From an uncultured virus (IMG/VR IMGVR_UViG_3300021400_000484) (lineage: Duplodnaviria; Heunggongvirae; Uroviricota; Caudoviricetes): 64,000 bases of DNA. Position 1 is the first letter of the stretch. Each line of letters begins with the position of its first letter. The DNA is taken from positions 1 to 64,000 of IMG/VR virus record IMGVR_UViG_3300021400_000484; one strand, 5' to 3'. The notes under the pieces are model-generated. The model saw only the letters and a list, made by a program, of their open reading frames with translations, did not search any database and was not told the origin of the DNA. A program made the position numbers and the translations under genes. Positions 31,680 to 41,360 of this stretch are shown piece by piece.

Positions 31680-32336
31680 ATGAATACTAACTACCTAAGA
31701 ACAATACAGGTCAAGCAGCGTATTGCAGAATTGACGAATAAAGTGAGCAATGCGAGGTTTACTGTCGAACAATCTGAAGAAGTTATACGGACAACGACAG
31801 AAGAACTCGAAGCATTAACTCATCAAATAAACATATTGAGCAAGGCACAAAAAGTTGTTCAAGAAATGATTGCAAGTTATTCGCTTGAGCAAATCAAACG
31901 TCTTGAGGTTGTTGTTACTCGGTGTCTCAGAACAGTCTTTTATGATAAGGAATTGTCATTTGAAGTTGAGATTGTTGACAAACGCAATGTAAAGAATGTC
32001 TTTTTTTACATTACAGAGACGGTCGGCGACAAAACATATCGTTTCCCGTTAGATACTTCATCTGTTGCTGGCGGTATTCTCGTTGTCACGTCTTTTATTA
32101 TACAGATTTATTTCATTACATTTTTTAAGTTGCCACAAATTGTTTTCTTGGATGAGGCGTTTTCTCAGGTTTCGGATCAATATATACCATTTTTGAATCA
32201 GCTTCTTTATGGACTTAAAGATGCCTATGGTCTTATTGTTGTTCTGATTACACATGATCCAAGATTTTCTGAACTTGCAGAACGAACTTATGAGGTGGCA
32301 AATGGCGTTTATAGTTTGGTAGAAAGCGATCTATGA
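31680..32336 (+). CDS. SbcC/Rad50-like recombination protein, C-terminal ABC-ATPase half
   Basis: Coiled coil, signature-like VAGG, Walker B VFLDEAFS, H-loop LITHD; no Walker A. Confidence 0.8.
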   Translation: MNTNYLRTIQVKQRIAELTNKVSNARFTVEQSEEVIRTTTEELEALTHQINILSKAQKVVQEMIASYSLEQIKRLEVVVTRCLRTVFYDKELSFEVEIVDKRNVKNVFFYITETVGDKTYRFPLDTSSVAGGILVVTSFIIQIYFITFFKLPQIVFLDEAFSQVSDQYIPFLNQLLYGLKDAYGLIVVLITHDPRFSELAERTYEVANGVYSLVESDL

Positions 32337-32340
32337 TTTT

Positions 32341-32859
32341 GTGGGGGCTGTTGTGCAAAGTCTGTCAGTAGTATGTGTGTCAACAAAAAATAATAATGTG
32401 TTTTCTGATTCTTTAAACTATGAGAATAACAACACAGATAGCGACGAACCTATTGAGCTTGACTTTTCATCTGTCAAGAAATTGGACTTTACACATGCGC
32501 TCATAAACAATGGTGTCGGCGAATACAAGCTGGAAGTCAAAAAGAAAGTGCCAGAATTTAATGAGGTAAAAAATGCGTGGACATTGAGCCATGTTTATTG
32601 GAGACATGACGATCCAGAACCGAATGGTTTTCAAAATCTAAAAGCGACGGTTGAACTTATGATTAGGTCGATGCGTTGCGCTTATAAGCAAAATATAAAT
32701 ATAAAGCATTGCCAGAGCGTTGAACTTTTGATTCCTGAGACGGAAAAAGAGGGTGATAATGTTAAAGCAAGGCTAATCAGCTTCGTTGTTGAAAAATTAA
32801 AGAACGGCAAATACAACGAAGATACATCTGCATATGTAACATTCTGCGATCTTAAATAG
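32341..32859 (+). CDS. Hypothetical protein
   Basis: 172-aa ORF within the operon. Confidence 0.55.
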   Translation: MGAVVQSLSVVCVSTKNNNVFSDSLNYENNNTDSDEPIELDFSSVKKLDFTHALINNGVGEYKLEVKKKVPEFNEVKNAWTLSHVYWRHDDPEPNGFQNLKATVELMIRSMRCAYKQNINIKHCQSVELLIPETEKEGDNVKARLISFVVEKLKNGKYNEDTSAYVTFCDLK

Positions 32860-32869
32860 GAAACACACC

Positions 32870-33901
32870 ATGTCAACTCTCAACAATTTTTTGAAAATAA
32901 AATCAGTAAAGCCAGAATTTATTGTTGTCGGAGATGCACACTTTTGTGACAAAGCTCCGAGTTGTCGCGTCGATAATTATTCTGAGACTTGCTTAAAAAA
33001 ACTTGAATTTGTTTTAGATTATTGCGTTGACAATCAAATTCAAGTTGTCGTTATGGAAGGTGATTTCTTTCATAAGCAGCAAATACCTATTCCATATCTG
33101 ACAAAGATAATACGAACGATCAATGAAAAGAAAACAGAATATAAGATAAAGAATAAAGCGGATTTAGTGATTGCAACAATAATTGGTAATCATGATTTGC
33201 CATTTGAAAATTATAAATTCATTGAAAAGTCACCGTTATATCTTATGTTTGAGGCTGGTGCGCTAACTCATTTTAGATTTATAGAAATAAAATCTGGTCG
33301 CACTTCAATAAATATAAGTGGCTTTGATTATGCAAAAGAAATAGAGAAATCGACAGCAGAAAATGAATGCTGTGTTGCACATTGCTTTTATGGTTTCGAT
33401 TTTGTTAAGGCAATTCCTGATGAAGCTAAAGAAGCCGCAAGAGATCGCATAACAGAAGAACAGGCAGCAGAACTCGGATATAAAGTCTATTTCTTAGGCC
33501 ATGACCATACTTATTATGGTGTGGCAGAAAAAGATGATTATACTGTTGTTCGATGCGGATCTCTTTTGAGAAATTCATCACACGTTCAACAAATCAATAG
33601 ACTTCCATGCTTTCATCATGTTAAATATTATGATGGCAATTATGAATTTGAAAAAGTCATGGTTGCTGCGGAAGCGAGCGAATCTGTTTTTACAAAACAG
33701 TCATTAGAAAAGCCAAAAAAGCCAGAACTTGACGAAACAGTAAAACAGAAAATATCAGATATAATATTTCAGTTGTCAGCAGATATAAAAGAAGAAAATT
33801 CTGTGACTGAAATTCTTGACAATATAATTAAGGAAAAGAATATTGAAACAGAAGTTAGAGACGTTCTGTTAAGATATTTCTCAAGAGAAAATATTATATA
33901 A
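32870..33901 (+). CDS. SbcD/Mre11-like metallophosphoesterase nuclease
   Basis: GDAH, GDFFH, GNHD, AH, LGHDH, GSLLR motifs. Confidence 0.9.
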   Translation: MSTLNNFLKIKSVKPEFIVVGDAHFCDKAPSCRVDNYSETCLKKLEFVLDYCVDNQIQVVVMEGDFFHKQQIPIPYLTKIIRTINEKKTEYKIKNKADLVIATIIGNHDLPFENYKFIEKSPLYLMFEAGALTHFRFIEIKSGRTSINISGFDYAKEIEKSTAENECCVAHCFYGFDFVKAIPDEAKEAARDRITEEQAAELGYKVYFLGHDHTYYGVAEKDDYTVVRCGSLLRNSSHVQQINRLPCFHHVKYYDGNYEFEKVMVAAEASESVFTKQSLEKPKKPELDETVKQKISDIIFQLSADIKEENSVTEILDNIIKEKNIETEVRDVLLRYFSRENII

Positions 33902-33915
33902 TCTTGGAGTTGGCT

Positions 33916-35052
33916 ATGCGCTTAGTTTTTAATCGTGACATTCTTTTGTCAGCACTTGAAAAAATTTGCAGCGTTGCTGGTGGAAAATCAACTTTTGCAA
34001 TTCTTTCAAGTTTTTTGATTGAAGTAAAAGATGGTGTTTGCACTTTTACCGCAACGGATTTGACTGATATTGTACAGTTGGTAGTTGAGGCACAAGTCGA
34101 TGACGATTGTGCTTTTCTGTTGAAAGCAAAAGAAACACTTGAAATTATAAAAGGATTGCCAAAAGGCGAAATAACTTTTGAACTCACTGAATCTGCAATA
34201 AAAATTTCAAGTGGTAAATTTAAGGCCAATATGAATATTGCTGATAGGTCGGAATTTCCTAACGTTGTTATCAGTGATGTTAAGGCAGGATTGAAGTTTA
34301 AAAGTTCTGAATTGAAGAATGCACTTAGCCAAGTCTCGCAATTTGTTTCAACAGATAATTCAAGACCAGAATTTTGCGGCGTGCATCTTGACCATAAATT
34401 TGAAAATAAAGAAGCTGTTGTCACAATGGTTTCAACCGATGGTCATAGGCTCGCAAAAGCAGAATTGTCAGCAGAAGATATGAATGGTCTGGATGCTAAT
34501 TCAGATGGTTATATTCTTTCAACAAAAGCCGTGACGATGCTTTCTAAATTCTTTTCAGAAGAAGAAAGTGTTTTATTCTCATTGGAAAAGAAAAAATCAG
34601 AAGGCAACAAAGCAATATTTAAGGGTGACAAAATTACAGTTGTCAGTTCGTTGATTTCTGGAAGATTTCCTGATTTTTCTGCTGTAATTCCACAAACATT
34701 TAAGAGCTTTGTTGTTGATAAAAATTTGTTGATTGCAAGTCTTAAACGAAGTTCTTTATTTAATCCAAAGCAGCCATTGGTTCGGATTAAGTTGTCTGAG
34801 AACAATGTAAATATTTGCTCGTCTGGACAAATGGGAAGTATGTCAGATGATGTCGAATGCAAATATATAGGTGAAGAAATTATAATTGGTTTAAACGCCA
34901 AATATTTACAGGAATCATTATCAATTGTAGATGATTTGTTTGCCGTCGTCGGAGTTGTTGATCCTGATTCGCCGATTGTGGTCATGTCTGAGACTGATTT
35001 TGATGCAAAGAATTTTGGAACATTATCAGTTATCATGCCGATGATGATTTAG
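33916..35052 (+). CDS. dnaN: DNA polymerase III beta sliding clamp
   Basis: ATDL, EFP, SRPEFCGV, VSTDGHRL, GRFPD, IGLNAKYL, VIMPM C-terminus; SD GGAG. Confidence 0.93.
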   Translation: MRLVFNRDILLSALEKICSVAGGKSTFAILSSFLIEVKDGVCTFTATDLTDIVQLVVEAQVDDDCAFLLKAKETLEIIKGLPKGEITFELTESAIKISSGKFKANMNIADRSEFPNVVISDVKAGLKFKSSELKNALSQVSQFVSTDNSRPEFCGVHLDHKFENKEAVVTMVSTDGHRLAKAELSAEDMNGLDANSDGYILSTKAVTMLSKFFSEEESVLFSLEKKKSEGNKAIFKGDKITVVSSLISGRFPDFSAVIPQTFKSFVVDKNLLIASLKRSSLFNPKQPLVRIKLSENNVNICSSGQMGSMSDDVECKYIGEEIIIGLNAKYLQESLSIVDDLFAVVGVVDPDSPIVVMSETDFDAKNFGTLSVIMPMMI

Positions 35053-35070
35053 AAACGACATTCTATCTAA

Positions 35071-35100
35071 TAAAAGGATGGCTAACTGGTCATCCTTTTA
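35071..35100 (+). terminator. Intrinsic terminator
   Basis: TAAAAGGATGGC-TAACTG-GTCATCCTTTTA. Confidence 0.75.
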
Positions 35101-35217
35101 TTTTATTATTATGGGGAATTGATATGATGCGAGACGCAAACCAACGAGGCTTTAGCCCGTGGTTTAGGCGAACAATAATAATTTGAAAAGAATTTCAAAC
35201 TGTTCTATCTATATAAT

Positions 35218-35317
35218 GTGTGGCTAGGTTGTCGAGAGCCGAAAAGATGTAAAGCCTAACGTCCGCCACACTCTCTTTTCAAGAGATAAATTAGGCTAGT
35301 ATTCAAGGCTAAATACC
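35218..35317 (+). promoter_or_regulatory. Structured leader RNA motif, copy 3 (tnpB leader)
   Basis: GTGTGG-CTAGG..CCGAAAA-GATG[TAAAGCCTAA]CGTC-CG-CCACAC; downstream TTAGGCT and GTATT[CAAGGCTA]AATAC-C-ATG. Confidence 0.75.
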
Positions 35318-36505
35318 ATGTTCAAAGCATTCAAATATAGGCTCTATCCAACTGCACCTCAAGCAGAGAAAATCAACCAAAACATAGGTTGTGCTAGATT
35401 CGTCTATAACCAACTACTGGACGATAGAATCAAGGTCTATAAGGAAACAAAGCAAAAGTCTAAAAAGACTTACTATGACTTGAAGAAAGAACACACATTT
35501 CTTAAAAATGCTGATAGCCGAGCATTACTTCATGCCAGAGAAAACTTGGACGCCGCTTACGATAAGTTTTTTAAAGAGCCAAATACAGGGTTTCCAAAGT
35601 TCAAGTCAAAGCACAAATGCCGATGGAGTTACACCACAGACAATAACAATGATTCTGTTCGGTTTGACGGTCATAGACTGAAAATTCCGAAAATAGGGTA
35701 CATCAATGTCGTTGAGCATAGACAGCATGAAGGACGCATTCTTTCAGCGACAATAAGCAAAGAAAGAAGTGGAGAGTACTATGCCTCTGTTTTATGTGAG
35801 ATAGAACAGCCAAGATCATTACCTATTACAGATAGAGTTGTAGGTATTGATCTAGGATTGCATGATATTGTTGTTTGTTCAGATGGAACTAGAGTTGAAG
35901 CACCAAAGCATTTTCGTAATTCTGAACAGAAATTAGAAAAGAAACAAAGAGAATTTGCTAGAACTCAGAAAGGAGGTAAGGGATATGAGAAAGCTAGAAT
36001 TAAAGTAGCTAAGTGCTATCAGAAAATAAAGAACCAGAGAAATGATTTTCTTCAAAAGTTGTCCACCAAACTTATAAAAGAAAACCAAATTATTTGTTTG
36101 GAAGACCTATTTGTCAAAGGTATGGAACAAAACAAGAAACTAGCTAAATCAGTTACAGATGCTAGTTTTGCTAAATTTGTTTCTATGCTTGAGTACAAGG
36201 CAGAATGGTATGGACGTAAAATAATCAAGATAGACCGTTTTTATCCCAGTACACAGCTTTGTAATGGTTGTGGATGTAAGAACGTGTCTGTTAAAGGCTT
36301 ACGAGGCTTAAAGTTTCGTGAATGGACTTGTCCTGAATGTGGTGAAGTACATGATCGTGACTTAAATGCCGCAATGAACATCCTCAAAGAAGGGTTAAGG
36401 GATTTGAACCTACGGAACGTGGGGGATAGCGAGCTTACTGTGTGTCACACTAACAGGTTTTCTATTAGTGGAGATACGCTTGCACTCGAAGCCTACCGCA
36501 TTTAA
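35318..36505 (+). CDS. tnpB: RNA-guided endonuclease TnpB
   Basis: KAFKYRLYP HTH, GCARFVYN, RuvC GIDLG / CLEDL / HDRDLNAA intact, zinc finger CNGC..CPECG. Confidence 0.95.
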   Translation: MFKAFKYRLYPTAPQAEKINQNIGCARFVYNQLLDDRIKVYKETKQKSKKTYYDLKKEHTFLKNADSRALLHARENLDAAYDKFFKEPNTGFPKFKSKHKCRWSYTTDNNNDSVRFDGHRLKIPKIGYINVVEHRQHEGRILSATISKERSGEYYASVLCEIEQPRSLPITDRVVGIDLGLHDIVVCSDGTRVEAPKHFRNSEQKLEKKQREFARTQKGGKGYEKARIKVAKCYQKIKNQRNDFLQKLSTKLIKENQIICLEDLFVKGMEQNKKLAKSVTDASFAKFVSMLEYKAEWYGRKIIKIDRFYPSTQLCNGCGCKNVSVKGLRGLKFREWTCPECGEVHDRDLNAAMNILKEGLRDLNLRNVGDSELTVCHTNRFSISGDTLALEAYRI

Positions 36506-36566
36506 TGCGCTATGCGAAAGCACACGCGAGGCGGTGGGTAGTTCACATGATTAAGAAAACAAGAAA
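36405..36566 (+). ncRNA. TnpB omegaRNA (reRNA) overlapping the tnpB 3' end; guide from the flank starting at 36547
   Basis: ACCTACGGAACGTGGGGGATAGC...GAAGCCTACCGC...GTAGTTCAC is typical right-end scaffold architecture; 5' boundary approximate. Confidence 0.7.
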
Positions 36567-36683
36567 AGTAGAGAATAAGAAAAGAATTAGCAAACGTTTT
36601 GAATCACAGTGGGTAGTTCATATGATTAAGAAAACAAGAAAAGTAGAGAATAAGAAAAGAATTAGCAAACGTTTTGAATCACA
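36534..36683 (+). repeat. 75-bp tandem duplication spanning the IS right end and the start of the flanking gene
   Basis: 36534-36608 vs 36609-36683, one mismatch (TTCAC/TTCAT). Confidence 0.95.
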
Positions 36684-37479
36684 GCGTCCAGTTCGCAATA
36701 TTGAAGAAGTTCTTGCTGATATGGATGAAACAGCACGCGGTATTATGCGTTATGGCGTAGAAAACGCAGGTATTGCAGATTTAATGGGTGCGGCAGAACA
36801 AAATCTTGATGCTGATTATTGGAAAGCTGACAAAGAAGGTGATGAGGAAACAAAAAAAGCCATCGAAGATGAGATGGAACGCATGGAAAACGAAGCTACT
36901 GAATGTTGCGGAAAAATTATTGATGCCATTGACTCTGTATGGCCTGTTTCTGAATTAACACCTGCTCAAAAGCAGCGACTTGGCTGGGAACTTGATGATT
37001 TAAAAGCCTATGATACGCGTGCGATGGAAGATCCAAATACGTTTGTAAAACTCATTGTTGCTGAATATGCATTAAGTGAAGACAACGGTCTTCTTGAAGC
37101 ACTTGAATTTGCTTGTCAGAATGCACTTGATGAGACAGAAGAAATTGATATGGATGAGTCCGTGCAGCGTCGTCGCCGCAATCTACGTCGTGTGATTGAG
37201 AGCCGCCGCGCTCGCGCTAAAAAAGAAAGTAAACGTCGTGTATCAAAATGTCGTAAATTTGAAAACGCTCTTTATAATGAATTAGAACTCATTGAGGGCA
37301 CTTATGTTCTTATGCAAGATGTAGATCGTTATGATGATGTTGATTATGACACAAGACGAGAAGCTGTTGCTGCGATGATTGAAGCACAAGATGATGGCGA
37401 AGAAGATATGTGGGTTGGATGTGTTGAACGAATAAATGGTAGATTGGAAATTATGTTTGTAGAAGGTGAATCAGCATAA
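36547..37479 (+). CDS. Hypothetical acidic/basic protein (possible internal virion protein)
   Basis: ORF also extends in frame to an ATG at 36505; xES motifs beside Arg-rich patches. Confidence 0.7.
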   Translation: MIKKTRKVENKKRISKRFESQWVVHMIKKTRKVENKKRISKRFESQRPVRNIEEVLADMDETARGIMRYGVENAGIADLMGAAEQNLDADYWKADKEGDEETKKAIEDEMERMENEATECCGKIIDAIDSVWPVSELTPAQKQRLGWELDDLKAYDTRAMEDPNTFVKLIVAEYALSEDNGLLEALEFACQNALDETEEIDMDESVQRRRRNLRRVIESRRARAKKESKRRVSKCRKFENALYNELELIEGTYVLMQDVDRYDDVDYDTRREAVAAMIEAQDDGEEDMWVGCVERINGRLEIMFVEGESA

Positions 37480-37920
37480 TTAATTTCCAAAAATACTAGC
37501 AACATGCTTAAAATCGAAAGCTAGTTCTAGTTGATCATATTCTTTGTATGGTCGCAGAACTAGCTTTTTTGTTGTCGGGCTGTCTTCAAAAAATACGATA
37601 CTCACACACATTTCTATGAATTGTTCGATTGTTAAATTCTCATTATATTCAGAAACAATTCTGATTGTTTCATTCTGTGATTCCAAATAATCAGAAAATT
37701 TTTTTAGAATTGTGCGTACTGAATTTATATCGTTTGATGTTGTAATTACCAAAGGACAACCGCCCATTAGATTATAAACAAAAGATGTTTTTTCTTTTGC
37801 CATCATCTTTTGCATATTGCGTGTGGCTTTTTCTAAAGCGTTTATGCTTTTTAGCAATTTTGAATCAATTTCTTTTTTGTCGTTTTTTGCCATGGCTTCA
37901 CCAAAATAACGTTCGCACAT
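37480..37920 (-). CDS. Hypothetical protein
   Basis: 146-aa ORF convergent with the previous gene. Confidence 0.6.
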   Translation of the reverse strand: MCERYFGEAMAKNDKKEIDSKLLKSINALEKATRNMQKMMAKEKTSFVYNLMGGCPLVITTSNDINSVRTILKKFSDYLESQNETIRIVSEYNENLTIEQFIEMCVSIVFFEDSPTTKKLVLRPYKEYDQLELAFDFKHVASIFGN

Positions 37921-37977
37921 TTCTATCTATAAGAATATTGTTTTGTTTTCTTTTCTTTTAACGAATGGGGAAGTTTT

Positions 37978-38706
37978 ATGAAAAAAAATATATATCGTGA
38001 ATCTACGATTTACGAAAACTTTGTCTATCCCCGATATGTTTCAGAATTGGATGGATTTAAATTTAAGCCGATTTATAAACCTTATGATTTTGATGTCGAT
38101 TATGCAGAATCATTTTTAGCTCATCATCGTGAAGATGAACTCTGGTATCAAAAAGACAAATTAGCACAAATGATTGTAGCTGACAATGATCTTGCGATAA
38201 AAGATGCAGATGACAAGTTGGTTTATATAGCCGATTGTGAAACATATATTCCGACAGCCGAAGATACAGACAATGTTTATTATCTAAATGAATTATTGGA
38301 TGATGAGGCTTGTTGGATTCACAGGGCTTGTGGCACTTGGATAGGCAATACAAACAGAAATGAACGTATTACCGAAATGAAATCTACTGATGTTAATGAA
38401 TCATGGCATTCAGAAACAATCGTAGATAGTGAAGAATATACAGTATCTTTGAAACGTATTTGGGGCTTTGAGCCAGACAAAGCAGAATCATCATCTGATA
38501 TTTCAAAAGGAATCATTGACGGATTCTCAAAGAAATATTATTCAGTCTTGGTAAAAAAAGACGGCGAAAAAGATGTTTACATTCCGACTGTCAATGGCAC
38601 GCCGTTGACAGACACGCAGATAGCAAATATTATTTCGACAAGTGGAACAGGTGAAACTAGAGAAGGTTATCCAACCAATGATGGAAATCTTTTGGTTTCT
38701 GATTAA
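37978..38706 (+). CDS. Hypothetical protein
   Basis: SD GGGGA; CTATCTAT motif upstream. Confidence 0.7.
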   Translation: MKKNIYRESTIYENFVYPRYVSELDGFKFKPIYKPYDFDVDYAESFLAHHREDELWYQKDKLAQMIVADNDLAIKDADDKLVYIADCETYIPTAEDTDNVYYLNELLDDEACWIHRACGTWIGNTNRNERITEMKSTDVNESWHSETIVDSEEYTVSLKRIWGFEPDKAESSSDISKGIIDGFSKKYYSVLVKKDGEKDVYIPTVNGTPLTDTQIANIISTSGTGETREGYPTNDGNLLVSD

Positions 38707-38730
38707 TTATCATTTTTAGGAGTTAAAATT

Positions 38731-40683
38731 ATGGCTGACAGAACATTACTTTTTAAAACAGATGCAGGAAAAGAACTGAATGCCGCACAGGTTTTAGAAC
38801 CACGCGTAAAACAGGCAGAAGCTCTCGGTGCAAAAACAGTTGACCAGCTACCTTTAGATCGCGTTCTCGCTCGCGATAAAGATGGCAACTTAGTTGCTTG
38901 CCCTATTCTCACCGACATGCTTAATACAGACTTTGTAACCGTTCTTCGTCACGACATGGACGGTAAAGAGGGTGATGGCATGTTCGTTACTTTCGCAACT
39001 ACTTCAAATGCAGAAAATGGCGGTATTGACCCAGAAAAGAGCCTGCTCGTTTCTATGAGCGATCTTATTGTCGCCGTCGAAGTTCCCGCTGAGATTACAG
39101 CCGATGTTACATCCGAAACACTGACTGGCGATCCTCTTTGCAAATATTTTGGTAAACCAATTCGTCTTGATGGCTCTGACGTTCAAGAAGCACAGTGGAA
39201 ACTTATTTCAGAACGTACCGTTCGTCTTCACAAAAACAATGGTCAGTCTGTTGGTGGCAAATGGGAACTCGATCTCGAAACAATTGCGACACGCAATCCA
39301 GAAGTTCTCCATCTCGAAGCCTCTGCTGAAAGTGAATATCTTAGCATTGCATTAGACCCATCCAAATTACAGACAATCCCTGTTATCTTTACACCCGAAG
39401 ATGGTCAGGATCAGTTCAAACTTTTGCTCTTTATTGAGCCGTTTGATCAGCGTCCAGCACAGAAACAGATGAAAATTAGCAATTCGACAGCCGAACCCGC
39501 CGAAGCTATGTTCCTTCGTCCTTGGATTATCGTTGGTACTGATCTGACAAAAGCTAACATGACAGGTGCTAAAGGCGAGGGTGGATGTCTAAAAGTTGCT
39601 GGTTTAACAGATTGTGTGAAAGCTGTTGATGCAGAGGATGGTTCTACTGTAAGTGTTACCGTTACGGTTGTCCCCGATGCCGTTGGCTTTAATACCACTG
39701 GTGAACTCGATGCAGTCAAACTTCCATCTGTTCCCGCCGAAAAAGCAGATTCACAGCTTCAGAACCTCGTCGAGAATGGTCTGTTCACTGTGAAAGCAAT
39801 TGTCAGTGCAGAGGGTTATGAGACTCAGGAAATCGAACTCGGTGTCTGTATCAATTGTGAAGACCAGCGCGGCAAACACTTTGCAATTGAAGGCGTTGAC
39901 GCACTTGAACTCGCCGCTGTCGTTGCCAATGCACCTGCCGAAGCTGGCGAACTTGTTGCCACTACACGTCACAATGAGGACGACAAATTAAAGGCTGATG
40001 ATCTTGCGTCTGTCGTGTCTGCTGGGATCACTGGTAAAGATGGCGATGATGATGTTGCATTAACAATTACACTGGTTGATGAACTTGGTGCTGCTGATGA
40101 CGGTGGCGACCCAACACCAGTAGCTCTTAATCCTTTGTTTGTCGTTAGCGGAGAACTTGAGCCTACTGGCCATGTTCTTGTTAAATGTACACCGACATCT
40201 GATGATTATGTTGAATGCACAATCAAAGTTCCTGTCGCAATCACAGACAAACGTTTGTCTGATGGTGCAGAGAAATGGACGCTTGATTGGGATGCGCCAT
40301 CACTCGAAATCGTTCTTGCAGAAGAAGGCAAGAAACTTTCTGCTGTCGTCGTTAAAGCTGTCGCAGGTGTGCCAGAAGATTCATCTGATCCAAATTCCGC
40401 TGTCGTTGCGCCAGAGGGTTGCTGCCCAGTGACACTTGACGAACTCGAAACAATCACAAATCAGTGGGGTGAAACAGAAACAGTTAAGGCTGTTGTTGTC
40501 GGTGTTGTCGATAGCAAACATCCACTTTCACCTGAGACTTGCGATGTCGTTTCCGTCCCAGAAGGTGCTGACACTGCAAGCGATGGCAATGGTTGCTTGA
40601 TCAATGTCAGTATTCTTACTGTATCAGGTCGCGTTATTGTCAAGAAAGTTCATGCAGATGTTGTCGATAATCGAGCCGAATAA
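38731..40683 (+). CDS. Putative abundant virion structural protein (acidic, V/A/D-rich)
   Basis: SD AGGAG, biased codon usage, paralog of 14292-15941. Confidence 0.7.
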   Translation: MADRTLLFKTDAGKELNAAQVLEPRVKQAEALGAKTVDQLPLDRVLARDKDGNLVACPILTDMLNTDFVTVLRHDMDGKEGDGMFVTFATTSNAENGGIDPEKSLLVSMSDLIVAVEVPAEITADVTSETLTGDPLCKYFGKPIRLDGSDVQEAQWKLISERTVRLHKNNGQSVGGKWELDLETIATRNPEVLHLEASAESEYLSIALDPSKLQTIPVIFTPEDGQDQFKLLLFIEPFDQRPAQKQMKISNSTAEPAEAMFLRPWIIVGTDLTKANMTGAKGEGGCLKVAGLTDCVKAVDAEDGSTVSVTVTVVPDAVGFNTTGELDAVKLPSVPAEKADSQLQNLVENGLFTVKAIVSAEGYETQEIELGVCINCEDQRGKHFAIEGVDALELAAVVANAPAEAGELVATTRHNEDDKLKADDLASVVSAGITGKDGDDDVALTITLVDELGAADDGGDPTPVALNPLFVVSGELEPTGHVLVKCTPTSDDYVECTIKVPVAITDKRLSDGAEKWTLDWDAPSLEIVLAEEGKKLSAVVVKAVAGVPEDSSDPNSAVVAPEGCCPVTLDELETITNQWGETETVKAVVVGVVDSKHPLSPETCDVVSVPEGADTASDGNGCLINVSILTVSGRVIVKKVHADVVDNRAE

Positions 40684-40704
40684 TCTTTGATTATTCTGAA
40701 ACTG

Positions 40705-40739
40705 TCCCACTATCTATAAACGGTAGTGGGATTTTTTTT
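40705..40739 (+). terminator. Intrinsic terminator overlapping a CTATCTAT motif
   Basis: TCCCACTATC...GGTAGTGGGA plus T-run. Confidence 0.75.
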
Positions 40740-40754
40740 CACTCGGAGATTGTT

Positions 40755-40949
40755 ATGCTATTTCAGTGTCAAGGAATTAAAAAGAACGGTAAAAAATGCA
40801 AATCATCTATACTGTATAAGTGTAAATATTGCGGATTTATCGGCTGTCGTGTAAGTGGATGTTCAAATCAGCAGTTCAAAGGTCATACCTGCGTTGTTTG
40901 TGGAAAGACAAATACACCGCTTACTAAATATAATCCGCCGTCTAAATAG
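40755..40949 (+). CDS. Small Cys-rich zinc-binding protein
   Basis: SD GGAG; CQG..KNGKKC, CKYC, CVVC. Confidence 0.6.
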   Translation: MLFQCQGIKKNGKKCKSSILYKCKYCGFIGCRVSGCSNQQFKGHTCVVCGKTNTPLTKYNPPSK

Positions 40950-40980
40950 CTATTCTTTTTGTGTTTGTTTGTAGTGTCTG

Positions 40981-41352
40981 ATGTTTCGATTTAAACATAA
41001 TTCTAAATTTGTTGTTAGAAGATCAAATAATATTGCTTGTGTTCAATGCAAAAATTGCAAAGGTTGTGTAGGCTGTTATAAATGCAAAAATAGTACTTGC
41101 TGCGTATCTTGTTCAAAATCATCAAATTTGAAAGATTCCAAAAAATGCACAAACTGCCATGATTCAAAAGTATTAGTATCATGTAGAAATTGTTATTTCT
41201 GTGAACTTTGCACAAATTGTGTGTATTGTTATCATTGCAAATTTTGTAAACACGCATTGGCAAGTACTTTGTGTGTAAGTTGCATTTCTATCTATCATTG
41301 CCGCTTGTGCGATGACATTAGCAACCAGCAAATGATTATTTGTGATGATTAA
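40981..41352 (+). CDS. Cys-rich CxxCxxC repeat protein
   Basis: Cys or Ser at every third residue over ~90 aa. Confidence 0.55.
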   Translation: MFRFKHNSKFVVRRSNNIACVQCKNCKGCVGCYKCKNSTCCVSCSKSSNLKDSKKCTNCHDSKVLVSCRNCYFCELCTNCVYCYHCKFCKHALASTLCVSCISIYHCRLCDDISNQQMIICDD

Positions 41353-41360
41353 TTTTTTTG

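Larger units (their letters stand above)
35124..36546 (+). mobile_element. Non-autonomous IS200/IS605 (IS1341-like) tnpB element
   Basis: TTGAT immediately 5'; left-end hairpin AAACCAACGAGGCTTTAGCCCGTGGTTT; right end CCTACCGC...GCGGTGGGTAGTTCAC; no tnpA. Left boundary uncertain by ~5 bp. Confidence 0.85.

Noticed and set aside
33894..35036. Minus-strand 176-aa and 175-aa ORFs
   Set aside because: Antisense shadows of dnaN.
35318..36505. Nuclease-dead TnpB (TldR-like) or Cas12f
   Set aside because: RuvC D-E-D residues are intact, IS ends are present and there is no CRISPR array.
36534..36683. CRISPR-like repeat next to TnpB
   Set aside because: Two directly abutting 75-bp copies with no spacer, so a tandem duplication. 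I saw no repeat-spacer array anywhere in the window.
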